DNA from: an uncultured Bacilli bacterium
GTDB lineage: Bacteria; Bacillota_I; Bacilli_A; RF39; UBA660
Direction of reading: 5' to 3'
DNA length: 64,000 bases
NCBI GenBank assembly: GCA_944358675.1
Contig: CALVRN010000001.1
Span: forward strand, 23,358-87,357
Shown: piece by piece, positions 9,113 through 19,421 of the stretch
Numbering within the stretch: the stretch's first letter is position 1
Layout: each line of letters begins with the position of its first letter
Program-made: the position numbers and the translations under genes
The notes under the pieces: model-generated
Seen by the model: only the letters and a program-made list of their open reading frames with translations
Database searches by the model: none
Told to the model about the DNA's origin: nothing

Positions 9113-10711
9113 TTATATTTTTCTAACAACAAACCATTTTATTAAAACAAGTACAATAAATACTAATACAATTGTTTTAATAACAAAAGCAATCCTGTAA
9201 CCTATTGTTCCCACATAATACACTTTATATTTACCATCATCTATATGAATAGAAATAAATCCTTTTTTATCTTCTTTATATTTAATATTATTACCATTTT
9301 CATCAATAATTTTGTATCCTAAATAATAAAGTCTTGGCAATTCAACATAAGTATTTTTACTAACATTATCTGCAGTAAATTCCAATCTTGGAACATCATT
9401 TTCTATAATATGAATATCCGCCGACCCTTTTAAAACAATAATTTCATTAGAATTTCTATTATCAAAATATTTCATATTATTATAAGCATTTTGTGGTAAA
9501 TATTCTCTATGCCAACCCATACCAGAAATACTTATATCATATGGTATTTCAATATAAAATTTTGCTAACGACAAATTTGTAAGAAAGGCAACAACACTTA
9601 AAGCAATAATTAATAGTTTAATATATTTCACTATATTATCTTTAAAAATATTTAAAAAGCTATCTAATCCCTCTACCGCCAAAAGAGAAGTACCAAAAGA
9701 AACATAAGTGGCTAAACGCCATTGAAATTGAAGGTTCTTCAAAAAATCAGGTATATATAACCACAATATATCAATTACAGAGAAAAGAAAACTAATAATA
9801 GTAAATACTAAAAACATAAAAATAAACTTAATTCTTTTTTTAGGAATCTGTCTTTTTATTAATTTATATATGGCAAAGGCACAAAGAATTAAAACACAAA
9901 ATTGTAGTTGTAACAAAAGCCAATTATTGCCCGTACCTATAGGCCTAAACTTATAATAACTTTCTAATAATACAGTCCAGCCTAAGCTACTTTTATTTTG
10001 ACTCTCTATAGCATAATTGCCAAGTACAAGATGTTCAAGCATCGGAACAGTAAAAGTAGAAGTTAACAATAAAATTATAATTGCACTGATAAGCAAAGGA
10101 AAAAAATTTTGTTTTTTCAAAATATCATTCAGAAAAACCAATAACCCTATTAACAATATCAAAGTAAACCAAACGGCCATCACCAAATGACTATACATGA
10201 GACCAACATAACCACCAATAAAACATATATAAAATAATTTTTTATTATTTTCACTAAATAAATAATATAGTCCTAATATTATTAGTGGAATAAAACTAAA
10301 AACACAGCATTCATTTAAAGCATCTCTTTCAAATATATCAGTAAAAAAATAACTAGATGTTATGTAAAAAATACTAGCATACAGACCTTTTAAATTATTA
10401 TTAAAAATTTTAGAAGCAAGAAGATACATAAAAATTCCAGATGATAAAATAATTAACAACTTAACCAGTTTTAAGGCCGCTACCGCATTAAAACCTATAT
10501 GAGAAATAAATGCCAATATAAAAGCTCCCATAGCATGAGGAAATGAAGGATAAAACAATCCAACAGCATAGCCTAGATTGTTTCCAATTCTAGGAATTAT
10601 TACTCCAGGGATATCAAATAAAATATCAGATCTAGCCACAATATTTGCCAAATGAAAAGCAGTATCATCACCATTAATATATTTTAAAACAAATGGAGAA
10701 AAAATAAACAA
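9113..10711 (-). CDS. Polytopic membrane protein, GT-C-like (YfhO/PTPS-related-like). The 5' end is probably disrupted.
   Basis: At least 12 TM helices and a C-terminal beta-rich domain with a final TM. There is an N-terminal GDDTAFHL motif. The only in-frame start is the TTG at 10711, although the frame stays open upstream to 10813. Confidence 0.5.
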   Translation of the reverse strand: MFIFSPFVLKYINGDDTAFHLANIVARSDILFDIPGVIIPRIGNNLGYAVGLFYPSFPHAMGAFILAFISHIGFNAVAALKLVKLLIILSSGIFMYLLASKIFNNNLKGLYASIFYITSSYFFTDIFERDALNECCVFSFIPLIILGLYYLFSENNKKLFYICFIGGYVGLMYSHLVMAVWFTLILLIGLLVFLNDILKKQNFFPLLISAIIILLLTSTFTVPMLEHLVLGNYAIESQNKSSLGWTVLLESYYKFRPIGTGNNWLLLQLQFCVLILCAFAIYKLIKRQIPKKRIKFIFMFLVFTIISFLFSVIDILWLYIPDFLKNLQFQWRLATYVSFGTSLLAVEGLDSFLNIFKDNIVKYIKLLIIALSVVAFLTNLSLAKFYIEIPYDISISGMGWHREYLPQNAYNNMKYFDNRNSNEIIVLKGSADIHIIENDVPRLEFTADNVSKNTYVELPRLYYLGYKIIDENGNNIKYKEDKKGFISIHIDDGKYKVYYVGTIGYRIAFVIKTIVLVFIVLVLIKWFVVRKI

Positions 10712-10793
10712 GGAAAAAATAATTACTATTAGTAAAAATAAATTTATGTATTGATGCTTTTTTAAACTAGCATATATTGTTTTAATTTTTTTT

Positions 10794-11777
10794 TCATACA
10801 GTTTTATCTTTCCTTAAATGAAAAGCACAATATACCAAACTACTAGTAAAATTATTAAAATGCCTTAAATAAAAATTTTCTATGCCTTTTTTTATATACT
10901 TGTTTTTCTTGTAATCAGGAAAATGTTCCAAAACATTTTCTTTTGCTTTTATACAAGCTTTTTTATATTTAACTTTTTCTAAATGTGAAGCAGCTTTTAT
11001 AAATGTTGTATATAAATATTTAACATAACAATACTCTAATTCTGAATAGTATTCTTCATAAAAATTATTTTTTTTATAAAACTCTACAATTCCATTAAAA
11101 TTATTTATATAATCAAAAATTTTTTTATTGTATGTTTTACTAATAGCTCCACTTCGTTGTACATAATTAATAAGTGGCATTTTCAAAGTCCCAATGCTAT
11201 TAATATATGGAAACAATCTATATAAAAATTCAACATCTTCATACCAAACATCTTTTTTAAAATTAATTTTCCCAAGCAAATTTTTTTTATAAATTTTATT
11301 CCATGCAGTAGGATAGATATCAAGCATTTGTTTTTTTATTGAATCTTTATCAAATTTGTCCTCATCAACATTAGAAGAAATTTCAATTGATCTATTACCA
11401 AAATCCAACCTAACATCACACACGACCACATCAAAATTTTTAGAAATAGCTTTATCATACATCAATTTAAACATATCCAAATCAACATAATCATCACTAT
11501 CAACAAACCCAATATAATCACCATGACATTTGGTTATCCCATAATTCCTTGCATCTGATAATCCGCCATTTGGTTTATCATAAGCAAAAAGTTTATTTGG
11601 GTAACTAGCTACATACCTACTAATAATATCCCGTGATTTATCAGTAGAACCATCGTTTACTACAACAATTTCTATATCGGAAATAGTTTGATAAACCAAA
11701 CTATTTAAACATCTATCCAAATAAGGTTCTACATTATAAACTGGAACAACAACACTAATTTTTGGCATCACAATCAC
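10794..11777 (-). CDS. Family 2 glycosyltransferase
   Basis: ISVVVPVYNVEPYLDRCLNSL, VNDGSTD and DSDD motifs. Confidence 0.88.
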   Translation of the reverse strand: MIVMPKISVVVPVYNVEPYLDRCLNSLVYQTISDIEIVVVNDGSTDKSRDIISRYVASYPNKLFAYDKPNGGLSDARNYGITKCHGDYIGFVDSDDYVDLDMFKLMYDKAISKNFDVVVCDVRLDFGNRSIEISSNVDEDKFDKDSIKKQMLDIYPTAWNKIYKKNLLGKINFKKDVWYEDVEFLYRLFPYINSIGTLKMPLINYVQRSGAISKTYNKKIFDYINNFNGIVEFYKKNNFYEEYYSELEYCYVKYLYTTFIKAASHLEKVKYKKACIKAKENVLEHFPDYKKNKYIKKGIENFYLRHFNNFTSSLVYCAFHLRKDKTV

Positions 11778-12724
11778 CTCATCCTTGATAATTTAAACAA
11801 AAGCCAATAGAGTCTATGATATGCTAAAAAACATACAATTTTAAATTTAATACTCTTTTTTTTCATATAAACATTATGTCTAAAATTCGGAAAATTATTT
11901 TCCACTCTAAAAACACATTGATCAATCATATCTTTCCTTTTAAATTTAGCAAATCTCAAAACAGCACTATATAGTAAATGTTCAATATATAAATATTCCA
12001 AGACATCATCATATTGATTCCCAACACGTTTTCTGAATTCTTTTTTTAAATATTCCATAATAACAAAAATATCTTCCATTTTTTTAGAATATTTCAACTG
12101 TACCATAGAAGAACCACTTCTAATTACATAATAATATAAAGGGCAAGGTAAATATACTACTTTATCAGCGTATAATCCTAATAATGGGATAACGCCCAAA
12201 TCTTCATAAATACAATTCTCCTTAAAACTAAGTTTATTTTCTATAAAAAGTTCTTTTTTATAAAGTCTACCAACAGGGCCAGAATGCGACATCATAAAGT
12301 TTTTTACATTATCATTACATAAATCAACAAAATTTTTAAAATACACATTTTCATTATTGAGTACTTTATACAAATCACAAACTGCTATATCCGCCTTTTC
12401 TTCTTCAACTACATTCACTAATTTTCTTACCATGGTTTTTGAAATATAGTCGTCTCCATCAACAAACATTAAATAATTTCCATTACTTTTTTTAATTCCT
12501 AAATTACGAGCAGATCCTTGACCACCATTTTTCTTACTAATTACAGTAATTTTATCATCGTATTGTTTTAACACATTAATAGTATTATCAGTAGAGCCAT
12601 CATTTACTACTATAATTTCTATATTATCATAATCCTGAGCTAATAAAGAATCAATACAACGGTTTATTCTTTTTTCTTCATTGTAAACTGGTACAATAAT
12701 ACTAACTTTTATCATTTTCATCAT
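11774..12724 (-). CDS. Family 2 glycosyltransferase
   Basis: VSIIVPVYNEEKRINRCIDSL, VNDGSTDNT and DGDD motifs. Confidence 0.88.
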   Translation of the reverse strand: MMKMIKVSIIVPVYNEEKRINRCIDSLLAQDYDNIEIIVVNDGSTDNTINVLKQYDDKITVISKKNGGQGSARNLGIKKSNGNYLMFVDGDDYISKTMVRKLVNVVEEEKADIAVCDLYKVLNNENVYFKNFVDLCNDNVKNFMMSHSGPVGRLYKKELFIENKLSFKENCIYEDLGVIPLLGLYADKVVYLPCPLYYYVIRSGSSMVQLKYSKKMEDIFVIMEYLKKEFRKRVGNQYDDVLEYLYIEHLLYSAVLRFAKFKRKDMIDQCVFRVENNFPNFRHNVYMKKKSIKFKIVCFLAYHRLYWLLFKLSRMR

Positions 12725-13859
12725 CCATTTCTCTAAACAATTTTATCCACTCGCTAGCTACCGTAGATGATTCAAATTTTTCTGAACTTTTCTTTGCGTT
12801 TTTGCCAAATTCGTCGAGTCTATCTAAATTTTCCATTAAATATTTTAGTTTTTTTTCGTATTTTTCTACATTATCCTGCTCCACGACAAAACCATCTACA
12901 TCATCTGTAATTTGTTCACTTGCCGCTTCTCCAAATTTAAAAGAAATAGCAGGAACACCACAGTTAAATGCTTCAATTATACTTAGCGGAAACCCTTCAA
13001 TGGTAGAAGTATTTAAAATGCAAGAACTCTTTAAAAGCACATTTTTAGGTTCAGAAACAACACCCATGATCTTTATTTGACTATTTTTTTTAATAATTGC
13101 CAAAGTATTATTATCTAACGTTCCTGATCCATATAGTTCAAAAGTCCAATCGTTAAAATCTCCAGTATTAAAAACACGATTAACCATTTGCACCATCAAA
13201 TCTATTCGCTTCTCAGGAGAAAATCTAGTTAAAGCAACTAGTTTTTTATTTTTTTTAACATCTGCTCTTTCAGCACAACTAAACCTAACAGGATTATAAA
13301 TAAAATAATTGTTAATCAGCCCTGACTTTTCAGCTTCTTTTTTTGTAGAATTACAAAGCCATGAGATACCAAAAATCTTATGATTAAACCTTTTCAAGGT
13401 TTTAAGATTTTTTTTATCCATACACACCGCATTAAAAGTAGAATGTTGTACATACACCACTCTATTTAACAAATTAGAAGGAATACCATCTAAAACTTGA
13501 TAGTGTGATGCAATAATATAATCTGGTTTTTCATTCGAAATATATTTTTTTAAATGTTTATAATCTTTTTGTAAACCAATATAATCTTTTAAATAATTTA
13601 AAAAAGTTTTTAAAGGTTTATTAAATTTCTTTATAGCATTAACTACATCTCTTCTAGTTATGAAAGACCATTTGTCTTTCTCGTTCAATACATATTGTTT
13701 AAAAGTTGTCTTTTCAAAATCATCTGGATGATTATTTCTGATTGAAACAATTTGAACATCATATTTTAATTTATTAAATTCATTTGCAAGTGTTTTATTC
13801 ACTTGAAAAATTCCGCCTAAAACATGAGCCTCATTTTGAATAAACATAATTTTTTTCAT
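12702..13859 (-). CDS. GT4 (GT-B fold) glycosyltransferase
   Basis: C-terminal EGFPLSIIEAFNCGVPAI motif. AAGGAG precedes the ATG at 13859, so the ORF-track start at 13910 is less likely. Confidence 0.85.
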   Translation of the reverse strand: MKKIMFIQNEAHVLGGIFQVNKTLANEFNKLKYDVQIVSIRNNHPDDFEKTTFKQYVLNEKDKWSFITRRDVVNAIKKFNKPLKTFLNYLKDYIGLQKDYKHLKKYISNEKPDYIIASHYQVLDGIPSNLLNRVVYVQHSTFNAVCMDKKNLKTLKRFNHKIFGISWLCNSTKKEAEKSGLINNYFIYNPVRFSCAERADVKKNKKLVALTRFSPEKRIDLMVQMVNRVFNTGDFNDWTFELYGSGTLDNNTLAIIKKNSQIKIMGVVSEPKNVLLKSSCILNTSTIEGFPLSIIEAFNCGVPAISFKFGEAASEQITDDVDGFVVEQDNVEKYEKKLKYLMENLDRLDEFGKNAKKSSEKFESSTVASEWIKLFREMDDENDKS

Positions 13860-13884
13860 ATCATTCTCCTTTACATAAAACAGA

Positions 13885-14373
13885 CTAATTATTATCAATA
13901 TAATCTTCAATCATTTGAATAAAATTTTCTGTATTGCTAATATATTTTTTAGGTTTAAATTTTTTCACTTTTTCTAACAACCTATCCAGGTTATCAAAAT
14001 CAACAAGTTCCAACAAATAACCTTTATTAGCAAAATCACTTACGATTTGTATTTGATGATCGTTAGTATGTTCACCATACTTTTTTAAACGAGCAGCCGC
14101 AATAACTTTTTTACCATTTTTTATGCCATTCAAAATAGAAGCTACTCCACCATGGGTAATTAGAAGATCACATTGTTGTACTAATTTGTCAAATTTTTCA
14201 TAGGGTATCAGTTCATATATAGTCATATCCTCACTATGGAATTTAGTATATCCAGCTTGAACTATTACATCATCTTTAATGATTCCATTATCTATTTGTC
14301 TCTGAACAGCCTCAAGTAATCTATTAAAAGGCTTATCTTGTGTACCCAAAGTTATTAATATCATATTCTTCAC
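13885..14373 (-). CDS. Alg13-like glycosyltransferase subunit (PssE/Cps14G family)
   Basis: ILITLGTQDKPFNRLL N-terminus and THGGVASI motif. About 160 aa, paired with an Alg14-like gene. Confidence 0.8.
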   Translation of the reverse strand: MKNMILITLGTQDKPFNRLLEAVQRQIDNGIIKDDVIVQAGYTKFHSEDMTIYELIPYEKFDKLVQQCDLLITHGGVASILNGIKNGKKVIAAARLKKYGEHTNDHQIQIVSDFANKGYLLELVDFDNLDRLLEKVKKFKPKKYISNTENFIQMIEDYIDNN

Positions 14374-14379
14374 TTCCTT

Positions 14380-14877
14380 TTAAAAAACTCCGCCAAAATA
14401 TTTAGCTTTTGGATAAAGTTTCAACATACTCTTCCACTGTACTACAAATAAATCTGCAAATTTATAAACAATTCTTCCAGTGACAGTTTTAGTGGTCATA
14501 TTAGCAAAAGTTTCAATAAAAATAATTTTACATCCAAATATTTTCCCAATACAACACATTGGACCAGCAACATGAGCCCCAGTTGTAACAATATATTTTG
14601 GTCTAACCTTTAAAAAAATAAATAAACATAAAAAACAATTTGCTAAAAGTTTAAAAGGATAAATAAATTTATGGTCTTTAGTCCCATATATTAAAAAATC
14701 AATTCTTTTAGCATATTTTTTCTTTAGCTCTATATTATTACCCGTTTTTTCAGTTACAATATGGTAATCATATTTTTTAAATAATGGTTTTAATTGCATC
14801 AGTTCAACAAAATGACCACCAGTACTAGAAATAAATAACACTTTTTTTTTCAAGTTTATCACCATACCTTCTAACAT
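14380..14877 (-). CDS. Alg14-like membrane-associated glycosyltransferase subunit (PssD/Cps14F family)
   Basis: FISSTGGHFVELMQL motif, about 160 aa, immediately upstream of the Alg13-like partner. Confidence 0.75.
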   Translation of the reverse strand: MLEGMVINLKKKVLFISSTGGHFVELMQLKPLFKKYDYHIVTEKTGNNIELKKKYAKRIDFLIYGTKDHKFIYPFKLLANCFLCLFIFLKVRPKYIVTTGAHVAGPMCCIGKIFGCKIIFIETFANMTTKTVTGRIVYKFADLFVVQWKSMLKLYPKAKYFGGVF

Positions 14878-14927
14878 ATTATAACATACAAATTAAAAGA
14901 AAAAAAGTCATTAAGACTTCAAGATTG

Positions 14928-15986
14928 CTATAAAAATTTTTTTAAAATTGGTATCTTTCTAAGTAAGTAAAAAAGTAAAGTCAAAAAAGAAAAAGAGATA
15001 ATTACCATAAATAAACATCCAACAATAGAATTTACTGCTAACATTTTTTTTATGAAAGGCAAATTAAGCATATAATCATATAATAATGGATGAATTAAAT
15101 ATACACCAAAAGAAGAACCACTACATACATTAATTAATTTATCAACAAAAGAACAAACTTTAATTTTTTCAAAATAATATTTAAATAAAATAAATATTGA
15201 ACAAGAAGATAAAATAATGAATAAATCCCACCAATTAGTTGTACTATCAAACGTTCCTCCTTTATAATATACACCATAAAAAGAAAAAAGGAGACCCACA
15301 ATTAAACTTAAGCTTAATATAATCCATGAAGTATTTTTTACCTGTAAAGTAATCTTGTGATTAAAAATATAAAATCCAAAGACATATAATCCAACAATAT
15401 TAGAAAACAAGACATTTAACAAGCCAGAATTAAAATTGGTAGAAATATCAAAAAAAATATTAAATATAGAAACAACAAAATTTAAAATCCCTAATCCTAT
15501 CACAAAAAAAAGAAAAAACATTTTATAATCTTTTGTTTTAAAATTTCTTAACATTTTTTGCAAAAATGGAGTCATAATATAAAGAGCAATTAACGTATAT
15601 AAATACCATAACCAATAAGGAGAATAATTAACATCATATTGCATAAATAATGAAAAAACAAAGTTACCTATATTGCTAATGTTTAGCCCATCAGAAAATA
15701 TAAAACAATAAATAGCAGATACAACAATAAGAGGCACAGCAATCCTAAAAATTCGTTTTGTAAATATCTCTTTATAGTCTGTTTTTTTTCCTAAAATAAG
15801 AGCGCCAGTTGTCATTATAAAAATTGGAACAGCCACTTTACATACAACAAACATAATTGTCATGGCAACCTTTGAAACATAGGAATCTGTCACGATAGCA
15901 TAACTGTAATGATTAAAAACGACAAAAATAGCCGACATAATTTTTAATAAATCTAAATATAAATATCTTGTCTTACATTTTTTCAT
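14928..15986 (-). CDS. Acyltransferase family 3 membrane protein (putative glycan O-acetyltransferase)
   Basis: About 10 TM helices and an N-terminal LDLLKIMSAIFVVFNHY motif typical of the acyltransferase-3 family. Confidence 0.7.
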   Translation of the reverse strand: MKKCKTRYLYLDLLKIMSAIFVVFNHYSYAIVTDSYVSKVAMTIMFVVCKVAVPIFIMTTGALILGKKTDYKEIFTKRIFRIAVPLIVVSAIYCFIFSDGLNISNIGNFVFSLFMQYDVNYSPYWLWYLYTLIALYIMTPFLQKMLRNFKTKDYKMFFLFFVIGLGILNFVVSIFNIFFDISTNFNSGLLNVLFSNIVGLYVFGFYIFNHKITLQVKNTSWIILSLSLIVGLLFSFYGVYYKGGTFDSTTNWWDLFIILSSCSIFILFKYYFEKIKVCSFVDKLINVCSGSSFGVYLIHPLLYDYMLNLPFIKKMLAVNSIVGCLFMVIISFSFLTLLFYLLRKIPILKKFL

Positions 15987-16037
15987 AATTTACCTCTCTT
16001 ACATTATACTAAATAATAATATTATATCAACAGCTAA

Positions 16038-17576
16038 TCAAATTAATTTTTTAAGTTTTTTAATATTTTCTTTTTCGAGCTTAACGATATCTTTCATATC
16101 TTTATTACAGTTATTTCTAACTATAATAAATATTAAAGACAAAGTAACTACAAGCCACATCATCGGACTAACCCAACCAAATACATGCCCAGAATAATAA
16201 GCAATAAGCATTCCTAATAATGGTCCCATCAAACACAAAATAGTTTCAAAATTAAAGTTCTTTTTAAAATATTTAAAACATTTAATGCATATATAAATAA
16301 ATATAACAAAATAAGGACTCATTAATAAGATAACACCAATTATGCCAAACAAATAATACTGATACACATAATCTCTCTCAAGATCCATCATATTTAGAGT
16401 ATAACCCATACCTAAATAAGTATCCATGGTATTATTATTTCTTTCTTTAATACGTCTAATAATATCTGTCTTCATTATTCTACTATTATTGTTTAAGACT
16501 TTATTTCTAGAAGCAATCTTGATCCAAAAATCAATATCATTTTCAAAGGGATATAACTTCAAAAACAATTCATTTATTAAGTATTCATCTTTATACTTTT
16601 CAAATAATTTTGATAAAGTACTTTTATCTCTTTCAACAGACAGCTCAGAATAAGCTTCCACATTCCTAACGGAAAAGTCAGCTTTACCCTCATTTAATCG
16701 AGAAATCATAAACGGGGAAATAGTAAAAAAAGTAATACAAATTAAAGATATAATGGAAAATCGCTTTAAAAAAATAACATTCATTTCATTCTTTCCAAAT
16801 AAAATTAGAATAAGATAAACTATAAATGATGTAGCTACAACAAGAACTGAACCAACCGCAGAAGTCCTTGTTCCTAATAAAATCATTGCAATAAATTGAA
16901 CAATAAATAGCATCCAATTATTCTTATTACCCTCTTTATATAATAAATAAATATTAATAGGAAATAACATAAACATAATAGCTGAAAGCTCATTAGCTGA
17001 ATCAAACCATCCTCGCGCTGATAACAATCTAAAATCACCTTGGTATAAAAAATAATCAAACAAATTATTTACCACAAAATTATGAGTGTCACTATATGAA
17101 ATATAAGAAATTTTCAATATGTCAAGTATAACAATAGAACCAGAAATAATGAAAATTACAATTTTTATAATTCTAAAATAAAATGTTTTATCAAATATAT
17201 CTCTATTATTCATTAACACAAACAATAGAGCTAAAGGCAACAAATAAACACGACAAATATAAAATGTTTCTGTAATAAAATTAAAATTGGCTTTTTGAAA
17301 AATATTTTTATCAAATGTAATAATATGATTATAATGTAAGATAATATATATTGAAATCAAAAACAAATAACATATGATTCCAATTATTTGCTTTTTATTA
17401 CACTTAGTTAAAGTTACAATAAAAGCTCCACCAATCAACATTATATTAAATATTTCAACTATAGAAATGCCAAATAACTCAAAATGACGTATATCAGTGG
17501 TCCTTAACATATCTAAAAATGGAAGCAATATTAATAATATAGTAACACTAATTTTAATAAATTTATTTCGTTTCAT
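16038..17576 (-). CDS. O-antigen ligase/polymerase-like (Wzy-type) membrane protein
   Basis: Polytopic, with a mid-protein soluble loop. A LLGTRTSAVGS segment resembles the Wzy_C loop. Lies within a glycan locus. Confidence 0.55.
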   Translation of the reverse strand: MKRNKFIKISVTILLILLPFLDMLRTTDIRHFELFGISIVEIFNIMLIGGAFIVTLTKCNKKQIIGIICYLFLISIYIILHYNHIITFDKNIFQKANFNFITETFYICRVYLLPLALLFVLMNNRDIFDKTFYFRIIKIVIFIISGSIVILDILKISYISYSDTHNFVVNNLFDYFLYQGDFRLLSARGWFDSANELSAIMFMLFPINIYLLYKEGNKNNWMLFIVQFIAMILLGTRTSAVGSVLVVATSFIVYLILILFGKNEMNVIFLKRFSIISLICITFFTISPFMISRLNEGKADFSVRNVEAYSELSVERDKSTLSKLFEKYKDEYLINELFLKLYPFENDIDFWIKIASRNKVLNNNSRIMKTDIIRRIKERNNNTMDTYLGMGYTLNMMDLERDYVYQYYLFGIIGVILLMSPYFVIFIYICIKCFKYFKKNFNFETILCLMGPLLGMLIAYYSGHVFGWVSPMMWLVVTLSLIFIIVRNNCNKDMKDIVKLEKENIKKLKKLI

Positions 17577-18522
17577 TTTTACACCTCTTCAAAGTTTGTA
17601 TAAACTTGATAAGTTTATATTTTTTCAAATAAAATAACCGCATCAAAAATCGTTTTTTTAAATTCATTTTTTTTACATACTCATTCTTATACCATCTCGG
17701 GAATTTGTTCATCATAAATTCAGAAATTCTATTTATCTGTTCAAATTTGTCGAAACGGTAAAAATTAAGAGAGCCTAAATATAAAAAATGATAACTAATT
17801 AAATATTCTAACAGCAAATCATACCCACAATCCTTTAAATTATTATATAAATACTCAGTTGCACTAAAAATATCTTCATATTTTTGTTTATACACATCAC
17901 TTCTCGTAGTGGACATATCATCTTGAACATAATGAAATAAAGCCATATTTAAATAATATACTTTAGGACCGCCTTTAACCAGAAGAGGTATAGCCGCGTA
18001 ATCTTCATAAATTATTCCCTCAGGAAACTTAAAATTTTGAGATTGTAAATAATTTCTATTATACATTTTATTACATGGTCCAACATCCATAAGTAGATAA
18101 TTTTCAGAAGAAATTTCACAACTAACATTATTATTAAATATTTTATAATAATTATCAATTCCATCTACCGTAATAAAATAATCAAAAGCGACAATATCAT
18201 AGGTACCAATAAATGGAAACAACTTCTCACAAATATCAAGTTCAACATAATCATCGCTATCAACAAATAAAACATAATCACCTGTAGCTTTTTTTAAACC
18301 CAAATTTCTAGCAGAAGCTTGACCACCATTTTTTTTCTTTAAATATAAAACTCTACTATCATTCATGTATTCTTTAATAATTTTTTCACTACAATCTGTA
18401 GAACCATCATTAACTAAAATAATCTCTATATCTGAAAAAGTTTGATTAATCAAACTATTTAGACATCTTTTTAGATAATTTTCTGAATTATAAATTGGAA
18501 CAATAATACTAAACTTTGCCAT
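17563..18522 (-). CDS. Family 2 glycosyltransferase
   Basis: FSIIVPIYNSENYLKRCLNSL, VNDGSTD and DSDD motifs. Confidence 0.88.
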   Translation of the reverse strand: MAKFSIIVPIYNSENYLKRCLNSLINQTFSDIEIILVNDGSTDCSEKIIKEYMNDSRVLYLKKKNGGQASARNLGLKKATGDYVLFVDSDDYVELDICEKLFPFIGTYDIVAFDYFITVDGIDNYYKIFNNNVSCEISSENYLLMDVGPCNKMYNRNYLQSQNFKFPEGIIYEDYAAIPLLVKGGPKVYYLNMALFHYVQDDMSTTRSDVYKQKYEDIFSATEYLYNNLKDCGYDLLLEYLISYHFLYLGSLNFYRFDKFEQINRISEFMMNKFPRWYKNEYVKKMNLKKRFLMRLFYLKKYKLIKFIQTLKRCKNETK

Positions 18523-18524
18523 AA

Positions 18525-19418
18525 CTACTTTCCTTTCAAATAATCATACAATTTATCAATTATTTTTTTATCAACTGACATAGAAAATTTTCTTGCAAAA
18601 AAACAATTGCTATTAATAAGTTCATTAAAATCATCAATTGAAAAAGTATATGGTTCCCCTCTTTTCCAATCAATATAACGTTTAATAGCTAAATTATCAT
18701 CATCCTTATAACTAATCAAGTGATTATAATATTCGCTATTATAAACTATGGTTTGCAAAAAAATTTCATCCGCACAAAAAGAATGCCTAAACATTTTTCT
18801 TATTAATTTTTTTTGACTAAGTAAATACTGAACTAAATCATCTGTAATACTAACCCAATTAGCGCCTTTTCTAATACTCAATTCTGTTTTTTTTAGCCTA
18901 TTTACCTTAAATATCTTTTGTGTTTTTAAACATAGTTTATACAATAATCCATAAATTTTTTTTGTTATTTTTTTTGAAGATCTACGATTTTTTATGAAAA
19001 AATGATAATATTTTATTCTATCCAAAACACTAGGTAATATTTTATCATGATAATCAAAACAAATAAATTCCTTACCACAATTATTTTCAAAATAATTGTG
19101 AATTACATTTTGACTAGTCAAAGGCATATCAACACCAGATAAAACATGATAATAAGAATATTTTTCTTTTTTAGAAGCAGTTTCAAATAATAATAATTCA
19201 CATTCAATCTGGCTATAAGTACCCCATCTCACATCAAGTCTTTTGGTAAAATATATATTACTTTTTTGTACCACATTTTTAAAATAATCAAAATCAAAAC
19301 TTTTCCACTTTTTATCAATATGTAAATAAATATCATTACGTTGATCATCAATTAATCTTAATAATTTTTCCAATATATATGGCTCATTATGTGCCATAAT
19401 TAAATATGCATGTTTCAT
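18525..19418 (-). CDS. GT14 (core-2/I-branching type) beta-1,6-N-acetylglucosaminyltransferase-like protein
   Basis: The N-terminus MKHAYLIMAHNEPYILEKLLRLID and the overall ~300-aa layout are typical of bacterial branching-enzyme (GT14) family members. Confidence 0.65.
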   Translation of the reverse strand: MKHAYLIMAHNEPYILEKLLRLIDDQRNDIYLHIDKKWKSFDFDYFKNVVQKSNIYFTKRLDVRWGTYSQIECELLLFETASKKEKYSYYHVLSGVDMPLTSQNVIHNYFENNCGKEFICFDYHDKILPSVLDRIKYYHFFIKNRRSSKKITKKIYGLLYKLCLKTQKIFKVNRLKKTELSIRKGANWVSITDDLVQYLLSQKKLIRKMFRHSFCADEIFLQTIVYNSEYYNHLISYKDDDNLAIKRYIDWKRGEPYTFSIDDFNELINSNCFFARKFSMSVDKKIIDKLYDYLKGK

Positions 19419-19421
19419 ATA

